From contig OY760142.1 in the NCBI GenBank assembly GCA_963663225.1, positions 640,001 to 704,000 of the forward strand: a DNA stretch of 64,000 nucleotides, read 5' to 3'. The translations under genes and the position numbers were made by a program. This DNA comes from Nitrospirota bacterium (GTDB lineage Bacteria; Nitrospirota; UBA9217). The notes under the pieces were generated by a model that was given only the letters and a program-made list of their open reading frames with translations, had not been told where the DNA came from and did not search any database. Of the stretch, positions 20,185 to 28,435 are shown one piece after another; positions within the stretch are counted from its first letter, which is position 1; each line of letters opens with the position of its first letter.

Positions 20185-21300
20185 TTACCACGTGTACATA
20201 ACACCCAGCGCCAACGTGTCCTGCTGCTTTTTCGTATTACCGTCAAACGAGTTTCTGTTCGACCAGTCATGCCGGTATTCCGGTCTCAGAATCAAGCTGT
20301 TGAGCAGCCGGGTTTCACAGGTAAGTGTTATTTCCTTCATTTCCTGGGCAGTACCGGTTCTGGCACCGTTGCGATCGTTGAAGTATTCACCCCTGAGCGC
20401 GATGCTGTGCATATCAGTGATGTCGTATTTCACAATCGTGGAAATGCCATGCCAGCTTGCATTCAGGTCGCCCGCGCCTTTTTCTTCATACCCAAGATCA
20501 GCGTTCAAAATGATTGCAAGCGGTTTTATTGGTTTAATCGTGGCCACTAGGTCGGCCAGTGATCGTTTGTTGCTGTTATTGTTGTTCTGCTCCGGACCGG
20601 TTATTAAATTGAGGCTGCTGGAGAAGTGATCAGCCGGCGCAAAACCGATGCTGAGGCCGTAGGATTTTCCTTTGTTGTTGTCGCTTGCATTGTCCCATCC
20701 ATTGACTGCCAGAATTGCAGCTGATACAGCATCGGTAAAATTGTAACCAATTTTAATTCCTGTGTGCGTAAGCGGTTCAGCGTAGTTGAACAGGAATGAA
20801 CGGGAATAATTCGGATTGTCACGTGCTTCGATGACTTCCGCTCCGATGAAGGTCGCCATTTTACCGAAATCTATCCGAACTCCCTTGCCGAGTGGTGCAA
20901 GATAGCTGATATAAACCTCCGTTAAATCAAAAGGTTGATCGGATGTTCCGAGCCCAGTAGCATGAATATATTTTGCTGTCTCTCCTGCCGAAAGCTTCAC
21001 TTTAAAACCGAGACTGTTCGCTGTCGCGGGGTCCTTGGCAAAAACAATCTGTGCCATATCCAGCATGAAGCTGTTTGCTTTTTGATCGAATATTCTAAGA
21101 TCATTTACGCCGGAATCGGGACTATTGAAATTGTAATTATAACTGCCCTGAAGATAGATGCTCAAACCGAGTGCTTTTTTAATTTCATCTACATTTGGTC
21201 CGGATGCCGGTTTTGCATCTTCTGCAAATACCGGAGAACCGAACATCGTTGCGCCCGCAAGAAGCAGCGCTGCACACAAAGCCTTAACTGTTTTACTCAT
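20185..21300 (-). CDS. putative outer-membrane beta-barrel porin (DUF1597/BBP2-like)
   Basis: Signal peptide, GAEVIEARDNPNYSRS and RPEYRHD motifs, amphipathic strands, and an aromatic C-terminus (GVMYTW) typical of a BAM signal. Confidence 0.8.
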   Translation of the reverse strand: MSKTVKALCAALLLAGATMFGSPVFAEDAKPASGPNVDEIKKALGLSIYLQGSYNYNFNSPDSGVNDLRIFDQKANSFMLDMAQIVFAKDPATANSLGFKVKLSAGETAKYIHATGLGTSDQPFDLTEVYISYLAPLGKGVRIDFGKMATFIGAEVIEARDNPNYSRSFLFNYAEPLTHTGIKIGYNFTDAVSAAILAVNGWDNASDNNKGKSYGLSIGFAPADHFSSSLNLITGPEQNNNNSNKRSLADLVATIKPIKPLAIILNADLGYEEKGAGDLNASWHGISTIVKYDITDMHSIALRGEYFNDRNGARTGTAQEMKEITLTCETRLLNSLILRPEYRHDWSNRNSFDGNTKKQQDTLALGVMYTW

Positions 21301-21414
21301 ATGTTCCTCCCCCCTCTTTCTTATTCTCCTGTTCTTTTACAACAGGATATTTTTATGAAAGCCTCCGGAGCCTTCTGAAAGTTGTGTATGAACAACTTCC
21401 TTGCTAAGATATTT

Positions 21415-21430
21415 TGCAAGGCATATGCCA
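21415..21430 (-). promoter_or_regulatory. sigma54 (-24/-12) promoter of porin-amtB-PII operon
   Basis: Minus strand reads TGGCATATGCCTTGCA. An IHF-consensus site TATCAATCTGTTA lies at 21458-21470. Confidence 0.85.
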
Positions 21431-21576
21431 CAATGGAGAGGCAGGTACTACAGGGGATAACAGATTGATAATGTTGAAGAGATTAGACAGTGTGATGAGT
21501 GCAGTATTGAATGAGGATTTTTTGCAGAAGATATATTTTAATCATCTGATTAAAAATAATGCAGGATTGTGAAGCG

Positions 21577-22413
21577 TTACACGCTGATTCTGAAGCCGGC
21601 ATAACCAGGCTTCACCATTTCCCCGAGTGAAGCGCGCAGCGATTCCACGGCCGTGTCTCCGGTGCAATGGCAGGGCACGACTACATTCATATTCAATGTT
21701 CTCAGTACTGCGTTTGTTTTCGCCAGACGTTCCGCGGAAGAACTTCTAAGATGCAAACCGCCGATAATAGCTGCAATAGTCGATTCACCCGACGCATTAC
21801 GGACAGCGGCAATGGTATTAATAATGCCGGAGTGGCTGCAGCCGGAAATGATGATGAGCCCTTGGGGGGTCTTCATCCACAGGGCCTGGTCGTCATCAAT
21901 AAGGTCGCGAGTCCGGGCTTCAGCGTCCAGAAAAAACGGCCCGCCGGTGTCCTCAAAATCTGTTTTTCTCGGAATGGGGCCGGTCAGGCCGATACCCGGC
22001 GCGACAAACACCGGCTGCGTCGTTACGTGCAGCCGGTCTGATGGCACTCCCGCCAGGGCGGCTTGCGCATCCTGCGGCATGTGGACTGCTTTGGCTTTGT
22101 CTGGCGACGGAATACTGTAACGCAGTATCCCTGCGGCCGGATGAACATAAACGTGTGCTTTTGCATTTTTCCTGAGGATATGGGAAATTCCACCGGAGTG
22201 GTCGTAATGGCCGTGGCTCAATATAACTGCATCGGCATCTTCAAGCCGGATACCGAGTTTTTCTGCGTTATGAGCCAGGGCTTTTTCATGACCGGTATCG
22301 AAAAGGATGCGACTGCCCCCCATCTCGATCCAGAGGGAAAACCCGTGTTCTGTGATCAGGCCTTCACCGGCTTTGTCATCCACCAGTACGGTAATCGTTG
22401 CAGTAGCGTCCAT
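21577..22413 (-). CDS. MBL-fold metallo-hydrolase (COG1237-like)
   Basis: EHGFSLWIE, LFDTG, LSHGHYDHSGG, GCSHSG, GGLHL and PCHCTG. Confidence 0.88.
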   Translation of the reverse strand: MDATATITVLVDDKAGEGLITEHGFSLWIEMGGSRILFDTGHEKALAHNAEKLGIRLEDADAVILSHGHYDHSGGISHILRKNAKAHVYVHPAAGILRYSIPSPDKAKAVHMPQDAQAALAGVPSDRLHVTTQPVFVAPGIGLTGPIPRKTDFEDTGGPFFLDAEARTRDLIDDDQALWMKTPQGLIIISGCSHSGIINTIAAVRNASGESTIAAIIGGLHLRSSSAERLAKTNAVLRTLNMNVVVPCHCTGDTAVESLRASLGEMVKPGYAGFRISV

Positions 22414-22428
22414 TTCATCATGCCGCAA

Positions 22429-22809
22429 TTAATGCGCGCACCCTCCGCCATGACTGTGTCCGCCACAGCACTGGGAAAGCGTCAACTCGGCAAGCGTCCC
22501 GTTCCGGAACATCTCGATATTCTGCCGCACCGTGCCGCCCTGGGAGCGGTATACTTTCAGCCCCATTCTATTCAAGCCGTTCAGCGCGCCTGCGCCGATG
22601 CCGCCCACGACAATCGCATCCACCTGCCGGTTGTCGAGCGCTTTCATCGGGCTGCACATGCCGTGCGCATGGTGCTGGTCGCGGTTGTTTATTACGTCGA
22701 CCGTGTTTGCATCGATGTCGACAACCAGAAACATCGGCGCTGAACCAAAGTGGTTGTACACCGTGCTGTCCATCCCTTCTTCATTTTGTACCGGAAAACA
22801 AATCTTCAT
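22429..22809 (-). CDS. NifB/NifX (IssA-like) family protein
   Basis: MKICFPV, HFGSAPMF and VGGIGAGA motifs, with a Gly/His/Cys-rich tail CCGGHSHGGGCAH. Confidence 0.85.
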   Translation of the reverse strand: MKICFPVQNEEGMDSTVYNHFGSAPMFLVVDIDANTVDVINNRDQHHAHGMCSPMKALDNRQVDAIVVGGIGAGALNGLNRMGLKVYRSQGGTVRQNIEMFRNGTLAELTLSQCCGGHSHGGGCAH

Positions 22810-22838
22810 ACTAAATCTCCTTTTTTAATGAAATATTA

Positions 22839-23114
22839 TTACTCAAACACAATCGCCCCGCCCTGCGTCAGGGCCATGGCAACTTTTTTTCTCGCCGCGG
22901 CAAGGATTCTTTGAACGGTCCCGCGTGATACACCCATACGAACGCCTGCTTCCTCCTGGGTCAGCCCATCAAGATCACAAAGCTTCAAGGACTCGAGTTC
23001 ATCCCGGGAAAGGGTAATCCGCATAACCTCACTCATCGGGATACCGGTAGGCTTGAACGCTTTACCGCGGAATTGACATCCGCAGAATCTCGGTTTTTTA
23101 CATCGAGGAGACAC
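22839..23114 (-). CDS. DUF134 family predicted DNA-binding protein
   Basis: PR.KK.R...FKPTGIP, DELESLKLCDLDGLTQEEAGVRMGVSRGTVQRIL..ARKKVA. GTG start at 23114. Confidence 0.88.
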   Translation of the reverse strand: MSPRCKKPRFCGCQFRGKAFKPTGIPMSEVMRITLSRDELESLKLCDLDGLTQEEAGVRMGVSRGTVQRILAAARKKVAMALTQGGAIVFE

Positions 23115-23133
23115 TACACCACCCCCAGCATTC

Positions 23134-23147
23134 TGTGCATATGCACA
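23134..23147. promoter_or_regulatory. perfect 14-bp palindrome TGTGCATATGCACA, candidate DUF134 operator
   Basis: Lies immediately downstream of a minus-strand TTGACA-17-TATCAT promoter and upstream of the DUF134 RBS. Confidence 0.6.
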
Positions 23148-23230
23148 AAATGATACTCGAAACATCTCATGTTGTCAATATCTTTTTGTCGAAACACGAC
23201 GCCTAGCATTACAGTCCTGATAAGCGAATA

Positions 23231-23263
23231 ACACAAAGGCGCCATGTGGCGCCTTTGTGTTTT
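23231..23263. terminator. intrinsic terminator ending the YeeE operon
   Basis: ACACAAAGGCGCCA-TG-TGGCGCCTTTGTGT inverted repeat with A/T flanks. Confidence 0.8.
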
Positions 23264-23306
23264 CTAAATCAGTCGGTTTTCTTAGAGATAACGAAGATAT
23301 CTGTAA

Positions 23307-23408
23307 TTACTTTGCTCCACCTTGTCGTGGGTCCCCACGGTAGCCCAAAGCTTTCCAATCAAGCCGCCCTTTCGCACCGTGGCAATCATTGCACTTGGGC
23401 GCAACCAT
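23307..23408 (-). pseudogene. 33-aa CxxCH mini-ORF, probable remnant of an octaheme (tetrathionate reductase-like) cytochrome c C-terminus
   Basis: GGAGG RBS, then ATG giving MVAPKCNDCHGAKGRLDWKALGYRGDPRQGGAK*. No signal peptide. Below the ORF-track cutoff. Confidence 0.6.
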
Positions 23409-23471
23409 GCGTGCCTCCCTCTGTGAATTGACTTCTGTATATGTCAGCTCGCATTCACACGGAATTTATAC

Positions 23472-23933
23472 TTATCTCCGCCTCCAACCGCTCCAGACAG
23501 GATAACCGTTTTCATCTCGAAGTTTTAACACTTCCTCTCCTTTCTTTATCTCTGCCGCAATAAGAGCGGGACTGCCATTGAAAACAATCCTTGAACCTTT
23601 GGCTTCAATTTTGTCGTTTACGTTTATTTTGACATCCTGATTTTCAAGATACCATGTCGGCCCGAGATGAACGGATATATTTCCTTTGGCGGTTTTCAAA
23701 AGAACATGCATACCATGCGACATTCCCCGCATCGGAGCGATTAGGTCCACTGTTACTACTTCTCCGCTGACAACTTCAACGGTCTTGGGATCATACATCC
23801 GCCCGTATTGGGAGCCCATGCCCCATCCGCCGCTTCCTTTCCACATCATGCCGGGTTGAGCAAAAGATTCCATCGCCAACAAAGGGCACAAGAGAAGCGC
23901 AAACAAAAGTAGTATGATTCTAACTTTTCTCAT
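23472..23933 (-). CDS. exported OB-fold-like protein with Gly/Met-rich linker
   Basis: Signal peptide MRKVRIILLLFALLLCPLLAMESFAQ and a YDPKTV..VSGEV...VHLGP.WYL...GSR...LRDENG.P.W pattern, with an AAGGAG RBS. Confidence 0.7.
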   Translation of the reverse strand: MRKVRIILLLFALLLCPLLAMESFAQPGMMWKGSGGWGMGSQYGRMYDPKTVEVVSGEVVTVDLIAPMRGMSHGMHVLLKTAKGNISVHLGPTWYLENQDVKINVNDKIEAKGSRIVFNGSPALIAAEIKKGEEVLKLRDENGYPVWSGWRRR

Positions 23934-23967
23934 ACGCACTCCTTTATTCATAATTGTGTGTAGAACA

Positions 23968-24495
23968 TCAGAGGCCTTTTTTCTCAAACCATCGGAAAAG
24001 CAGCAATGTTCCGACTGTGAAAACGACGATCACCACCCAGTGATTGACGCCAAGCATCTGCGGGACGGTAATCTTCCCGAAGACTCCCCATGTCAGCACG
24101 GTTTCTTTTAACGCAGGATACGCCTCTGCAAAGATGGCAGCACCGGTCAACATGCCCAGAATGCCCCAGACCGCATCCCATCTTCCTTCCCCAAGAGCCC
24201 CCATCTGGGTGCCGGGACAATATCCGAGCACGCCCCACCCAAGCCCGAAGATAAGTCCTCCCAGCACCTGAGCTCCGATGATGGTCGGCTTGATCTGCAA
24301 TTTCACAATCCCAAAGTCCTTCAGAAGATAAACGCCGATCATGGCGACAAGAATGCTCGAAAGCATGAATTTGACAATGGTCATATCCATCAGCCGCAGC
24401 GCGCCGACCTGCTTGTCATATCTGATCACTCTGCCTTTCTGGAGCAGAAATCCGAACATAATGCCGGTCACCAGTCCCAAGAGAAGTATGTTCAT
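23968..24495 (-). CDS. YeeE/YedE sulfur-transport family protein (second subunit, Cys form)
   Basis: GIMFGFLLQK and GGLIFGLGWGVLGYCPGT motifs. The start overlaps the upstream stop (ATGA). Confidence 0.9.
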   Translation of the reverse strand: MNILLLGLVTGIMFGFLLQKGRVIRYDKQVGALRLMDMTIVKFMLSSILVAMIGVYLLKDFGIVKLQIKPTIIGAQVLGGLIFGLGWGVLGYCPGTQMGALGEGRWDAVWGILGMLTGAAIFAEAYPALKETVLTWGVFGKITVPQMLGVNHWVVIVVFTVGTLLLFRWFEKKGL

Positions 24496-25016
24496 CGCCG
24501 GTCACCCCCTCCGTACAGAATGCGCGCCATAACAATTCCGCCTACAAAAAAACAAACCAAGGCAATAAATCCGCTCACCGCAAGCTGAAGCGAACCGCTC
24601 AGCCCATGGCCGCTCGGTCAGCCATCAGCCAGACGGGCGCCGAACATCGCCACGGCGCCTCCGAGAAACGCCGCAGCCGCCCGCTTTGGCACACTCGGGC
24701 CGAAACGTTCCATCCACATGTCAGGCACGGCTTTCCATTGGAAACTCCGTGATGCAAAAGCCGCAATCAAGGCACCAATAAATATTCCGACTACAAACAT
24801 CCATTGCCAGTCTATTTTCGGCACCTCTTTGATAAAATACGCCATGGACGCCACGCGTTCTGACGCCACGGTCTGCTCGATCATTCCGGCTGTTTTCACA
24901 AACGTTGTTGATGCTCCGAGAAACTTGTCCGCCGTAAGAACGGCAAACAGCGACACGAGCCCGCTCAATGCGCCTGCCACATACGGGTTCCATCCTGCAT
25001 CTTGTTCAGATTTCAT
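24492..25016 (-). CDS. YeeE/YedE family protein with in-frame UGA (probable selenocysteine) at 24618-24620
   Basis: WNPYVAG, LGASTTF and DWQWMFVVGIFIGA, then GARLADG-UGA-PSGHGLSGSLQLAVSGFIALVCFFVGGIVMARILYGGGDRR*. The frame stays open and family-like past the UGA and ends overlapping the next ATG. Confidence 0.88.
24584..24603 (-). promoter_or_regulatory. candidate bacterial SECIS hairpin
   Basis: mRNA GCUG-AGCG-(GUU)-CGCU-U-CAGC. The apical loop begins with G 22 nt after the UGA, and the stem has a bulged U. Confidence 0.7.
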
Positions 25017-25278
25017 TCCGGCCTCCTTTCAAGAAGTAATTTGTATATGCGATTTTATGCAACTATGTAATAAGGGTAGCAAGGAGACTGCGGTCTGTCA
25101 AGAAAACGGGAAAAAATTTGCCGTATTTTATAAATGATGATTCATCGAACTTAAGGAATATATCGCTTTGAGAATACCAGTTGGGGAAATGGCTGGCTCT
25201 GCGGAGAATCTGCGGACTTCACAGTTGTGTGGCAACCGATCCTGCGATCCGAAGATATGGTGAATTTTTTGGTGTCGG

Positions 25279-27285
25279 TTATTCTACTTTTACTCCAATC
25301 GCCATCTCCTGCTGACGCAGAGATCGGATCTTGTCGCGCAGTTCTGCCGCTGTTTCAAAATCCAGCTCCTTTGCAGCAGCCCGCATCTGTTTTTCGAGCG
25401 AGGCAATCAGGGCGGGGATGTTCACCGTGGAGATATACTCTCCGGCATCCTCAGCGGCCAGAGGAACGGTGAAGTAATCTTGCTCGTACACAGTGCGCAG
25501 TGTTGCTTGTATGTTTTTCTTTATGGATTGCGGCGTAATATTGTGTTTCTTGTTGTATTCTTCCTGCATCATGCGGCGTCTGTTTGTCTCAGCAACCGCG
25601 GCGCGCATGGAATCTGTGGTGGTATCGGCGTAGAGTATCACCCGGCCATTTACATTTCTTGCCGCTCGCCCCATGGTCTGAATGAGTGAGCGGGTGGAGC
25701 GCAGAAATCCTTCCTTGTCCGCATCCAGAATCGCGACCAGGGACACTTCGGGAATGTCGAGGCCCTCCCGCAGAAGGTTGATGCCGACCAGTACATCATA
25801 CTTGCCGAGACGCAGGTCTCGAATAATGTCGACACGCTCAAGCGTGTCGATGTCTGAATGGAGATAGGCCACTTTTACATTCAATTCCTTGTAATGCTCC
25901 GTCAGGTCCTCCGCCATGCGTTTTGTCAACGTAGTGACAAGCACCCGTTCCCGCGCCTCTGCGCGCGCCCGGATTTCGTTGAGCAAATCATCCACCTGAC
26001 CCTGCACCGGGCGGATGACGATCTGCGGATCGGTCAGGCCTGTGGGACGGATCACCTGTTCAATGATCCTGGTGCCGCTCTTCTCCACTTCGAAATCTGC
26101 CGGCGTTGCGGAGACATAAACGGTCTGATGCACCCGCTCTTCAAACTCCTGAAAATTGAGCGGGCGGTTGTCGAGCGCCGAGGGCAGGCGAAAACCATAG
26201 TCCACCAGGGTGGTTTTCCGTGCGCGATCGCCGTTGTACATGCCGCCGATCTGGGGAATGGTGGCATGAGACTCGTCCACAAACAGCAGATAGCCTTTTG
26301 GGAAGTAATCAAGCAGTGTGGGCGGCGGTTCTCCCGGCGCCCTGCCTGAAAGATGGCGCGAATAATTTTCTATGCCGTGGCAGTAGCCCATCTCCTGGAT
26401 CATCTCAAGGTCGAACATCGTCCTCTGCTCGATCCGCTGAGCTTCGAGCAGCTTGTTCATTTTCCGAAAGTACTGGAGACGTTCCCTCAGTTCGTCATGG
26501 ATGCCGTCGACGGCGGCCTTCATCCGCGTTTCCGGGATCACATAATGGCTGTTCGGATACACCGCGATTTTATCCAGTTTCCGGATCGCCGTTCCCAGGA
26601 GCGGATCGAACACGGCAATCGAATCGATTTCGTCACCGAACATCTCGATGCGGACCGCCGTGTTTTCGTACGACGCGGGGAAAATTTCGACCACGTCGCC
26701 GCGCACCCGGAACGTCCCTCGCTGAAAATCAAAATCGTTCCGCTCATACTGGATGTCGACGAGCTTTCGCAGCATCTCGTTTCGTTCAATGCGCTGGCCC
26801 TGTTCCAGAAAAAGCAGCATGCCGTGGTAGGCCTCGGGCGATCCCAGGCCGTAAATGCAGGAAACAGAAGCAACGATGATCACATCGCGCCGTTCGAAGA
26901 GCGCAGTGGTGGCAGCGTGGCGCATGCGGTCAATCTGCTCGTTGATGGAGGAATCTTTTTCAATGTACGTGTCCGTGGTCGGCAGGTATGCTTCGGGCTG
27001 GTAGTAATCGTAATAGGAGACAAAATATTCAACAGCATTCTCCGGAAACAACTCTTTAAATTCATTGTAGAGCTGGGCAGCAAGCGTTTTGTTGTGCGCA
27101 ATGACCAGCGCCGGTTTCTGTATTTTCTCCACCACGTTCGCTATAGTGAAGGTTTTTCCGGAGCCGGTGACCCCCAACAGAACCTGGTGCGGCAGTCCTT
27201 TACTGATGCCTTCGGCCAGTTTATCGATGGCCTGGGGTTGATCGCCGGTCGGCTTAAAATCAGATACAATTTTGAACGGAGGCAT
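25279..27285 (-). CDS. uvrB: excinuclease ABC subunit B
   Basis: [35 protein letters not shown] and a C-terminal UVR domain. Confidence 0.98.
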   Translation of the reverse strand: MPPFKIVSDFKPTGDQPQAIDKLAEGISKGLPHQVLLGVTGSGKTFTIANVVEKIQKPALVIAHNKTLAAQLYNEFKELFPENAVEYFVSYYDYYQPEAYLPTTDTYIEKDSSINEQIDRMRHAATTALFERRDVIIVASVSCIYGLGSPEAYHGMLLFLEQGQRIERNEMLRKLVDIQYERNDFDFQRGTFRVRGDVVEIFPASYENTAVRIEMFGDEIDSIAVFDPLLGTAIRKLDKIAVYPNSHYVIPETRMKAAVDGIHDELRERLQYFRKMNKLLEAQRIEQRTMFDLEMIQEMGYCHGIENYSRHLSGRAPGEPPPTLLDYFPKGYLLFVDESHATIPQIGGMYNGDRARKTTLVDYGFRLPSALDNRPLNFQEFEERVHQTVYVSATPADFEVEKSGTRIIEQVIRPTGLTDPQIVIRPVQGQVDDLLNEIRARAEARERVLVTTLTKRMAEDLTEHYKELNVKVAYLHSDIDTLERVDIIRDLRLGKYDVLVGINLLREGLDIPEVSLVAILDADKEGFLRSTRSLIQTMGRAARNVNGRVILYADTTTDSMRAAVAETNRRRMMQEEYNKKHNITPQSIKKNIQATLRTVYEQDYFTVPLAAEDAGEYISTVNIPALIASLEKQMRAAAKELDFETAAELRDKIRSLRQQEMAIGVKVE

Positions 27286-27452
27286 GAAAGAATATTATCC
27301 TTTATAAGCAGCGGTGTCAATGCACGGAAGGTTGCGGTCCAGGACCATTCTGAGACGCGGGGTGCAGGAGGAGCAGAAAAACGAAACCGTGCTGAAAAAC
27401 ATCTCTCACGGGTATTTTGAGAAAATCCGGTTGCACCAATATCGTCCGGATG

Positions 27453-28361
27453 TCATGTGCTTTTTTTCTTTCCACCCGCGCACAGGAGAATATTCAAAAA
27501 TTCACGGCAGAGATGAGAGTGGGTTTTCTTCTTTAACAGAATAGCGTGAAAGTGGCGTTCAAGCGGCACACCCTTGATCCGGACCGCTGCAATGCGGCCC
27601 GCTTCCCTGTCATCACGAAGCGCCCGGATGGAAAGGATGGAGATGCCGATCCCCGCCTTCACAGACTGGCGTACTGCGTCATTGTTCCCGGCGACTGCAA
27701 CAACATTCAGATCGCTGATGCAAAACCCCGCCTTCTCCAGCCGCTCTTCCGTAATACGCCGGGTGCCGGACCCTCTTTCGCGCAGCACAAATGGTTCCCC
27801 GGCCAGGGCCGCAACCGGGACACTTCTCTTCCGCGCCCAGGGATGGCGGGGAGAAACGGCCAGTACCAGTTCGTCTGTAAACAGCGCATGAACTTCCAAA
27901 CGCGGATCAGCAGGACGTGCACCTACAACGCCGATGTGCACATCATTCGTCAGAACGGATTCCGTCACGCTTGCCGTGTCCCCTATTTCCAGATGTAGTG
28001 TTGCGTTTGGATATTTTGCTTTGAACGCGCTGATATACACGGGAAGGACGTATGACCCCGGAATGGTGCTGGCGCCAATTCGTAACATTCCCGTAACGTT
28101 CCCGGAGAGCCCTCTGATCTCCTCCCGGATGTGGTCGCGAAGCGCGAGAAGCTCTTGTCCTGAGCGAAGCAAAATTTCCCCTGCTTCCGTCGGAATGACC
28201 CGTTTTCCGATGCGGTCCAGAAGTTTTACACCGAGCTCCGCCTCCAGGTTTTTAATGTGACCGCTCACCGTTGGCTGGGTAAGATACAGCGCTTCCGCTG
28301 CCCTGGAGAAGCTGCGGAATTTCATGAGAGAACAGAATATTTCGATATGATGTAAATCCAT
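27453..28361 (-). CDS. LysR-family regulator, CysL-like (copy 1)
   Basis: MDLHHIEIF...SFSRAAEALYLTQPTVSGHIKNLE, GASTIPG and LRERGSGTR. Confidence 0.9.
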   Translation of the reverse strand: MDLHHIEIFCSLMKFRSFSRAAEALYLTQPTVSGHIKNLEAELGVKLLDRIGKRVIPTEAGEILLRSGQELLALRDHIREEIRGLSGNVTGMLRIGASTIPGSYVLPVYISAFKAKYPNATLHLEIGDTASVTESVLTNDVHIGVVGARPADPRLEVHALFTDELVLAVSPRHPWARKRSVPVAALAGEPFVLRERGSGTRRITEERLEKAGFCISDLNVVAVAGNNDAVRQSVKAGIGISILSIRALRDDREAGRIAAVRIKGVPLERHFHAILLKKKTHSHLCREFLNILLCAGGKKKST

Positions 28362-28435
28362 AGAAAAGGCGGGCCATCCGCGCGGTAAAAAATCCGCGGC
28401 CTGCCCGGTTTTTGCACCAGCAGGTTTCCGGCTGT

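Noticed and set aside
21577-22413. additional selenocysteine codons in neighbouring genes (MBL hydrolase GCSH, NifX, second YeeE)
   Set aside because: These ORFs are uninterrupted and carry Cys at the candidate positions.
22429-22809. nitrogen-fixation gene cluster
   Set aside because: NifB/NifX-family domains are widespread outside diazotrophs, and no nifHDK/ENB genes are in the window.
23472-23933. magnetosome-island gene (MamS/MamX-like domain resemblance)
   Set aside because: No other mam, mad or man genes are in the window, and similar proteins occur in non-magnetotactic bacteria.
26353-27420. long antisense ORFs (also 31903-32985, 40045-41055, 42970-43824, 60721-61590 and others)
   Set aside because: They lie opposite well-conserved housekeeping genes, lack motifs and RBS, and are expected shadows of codon bias.
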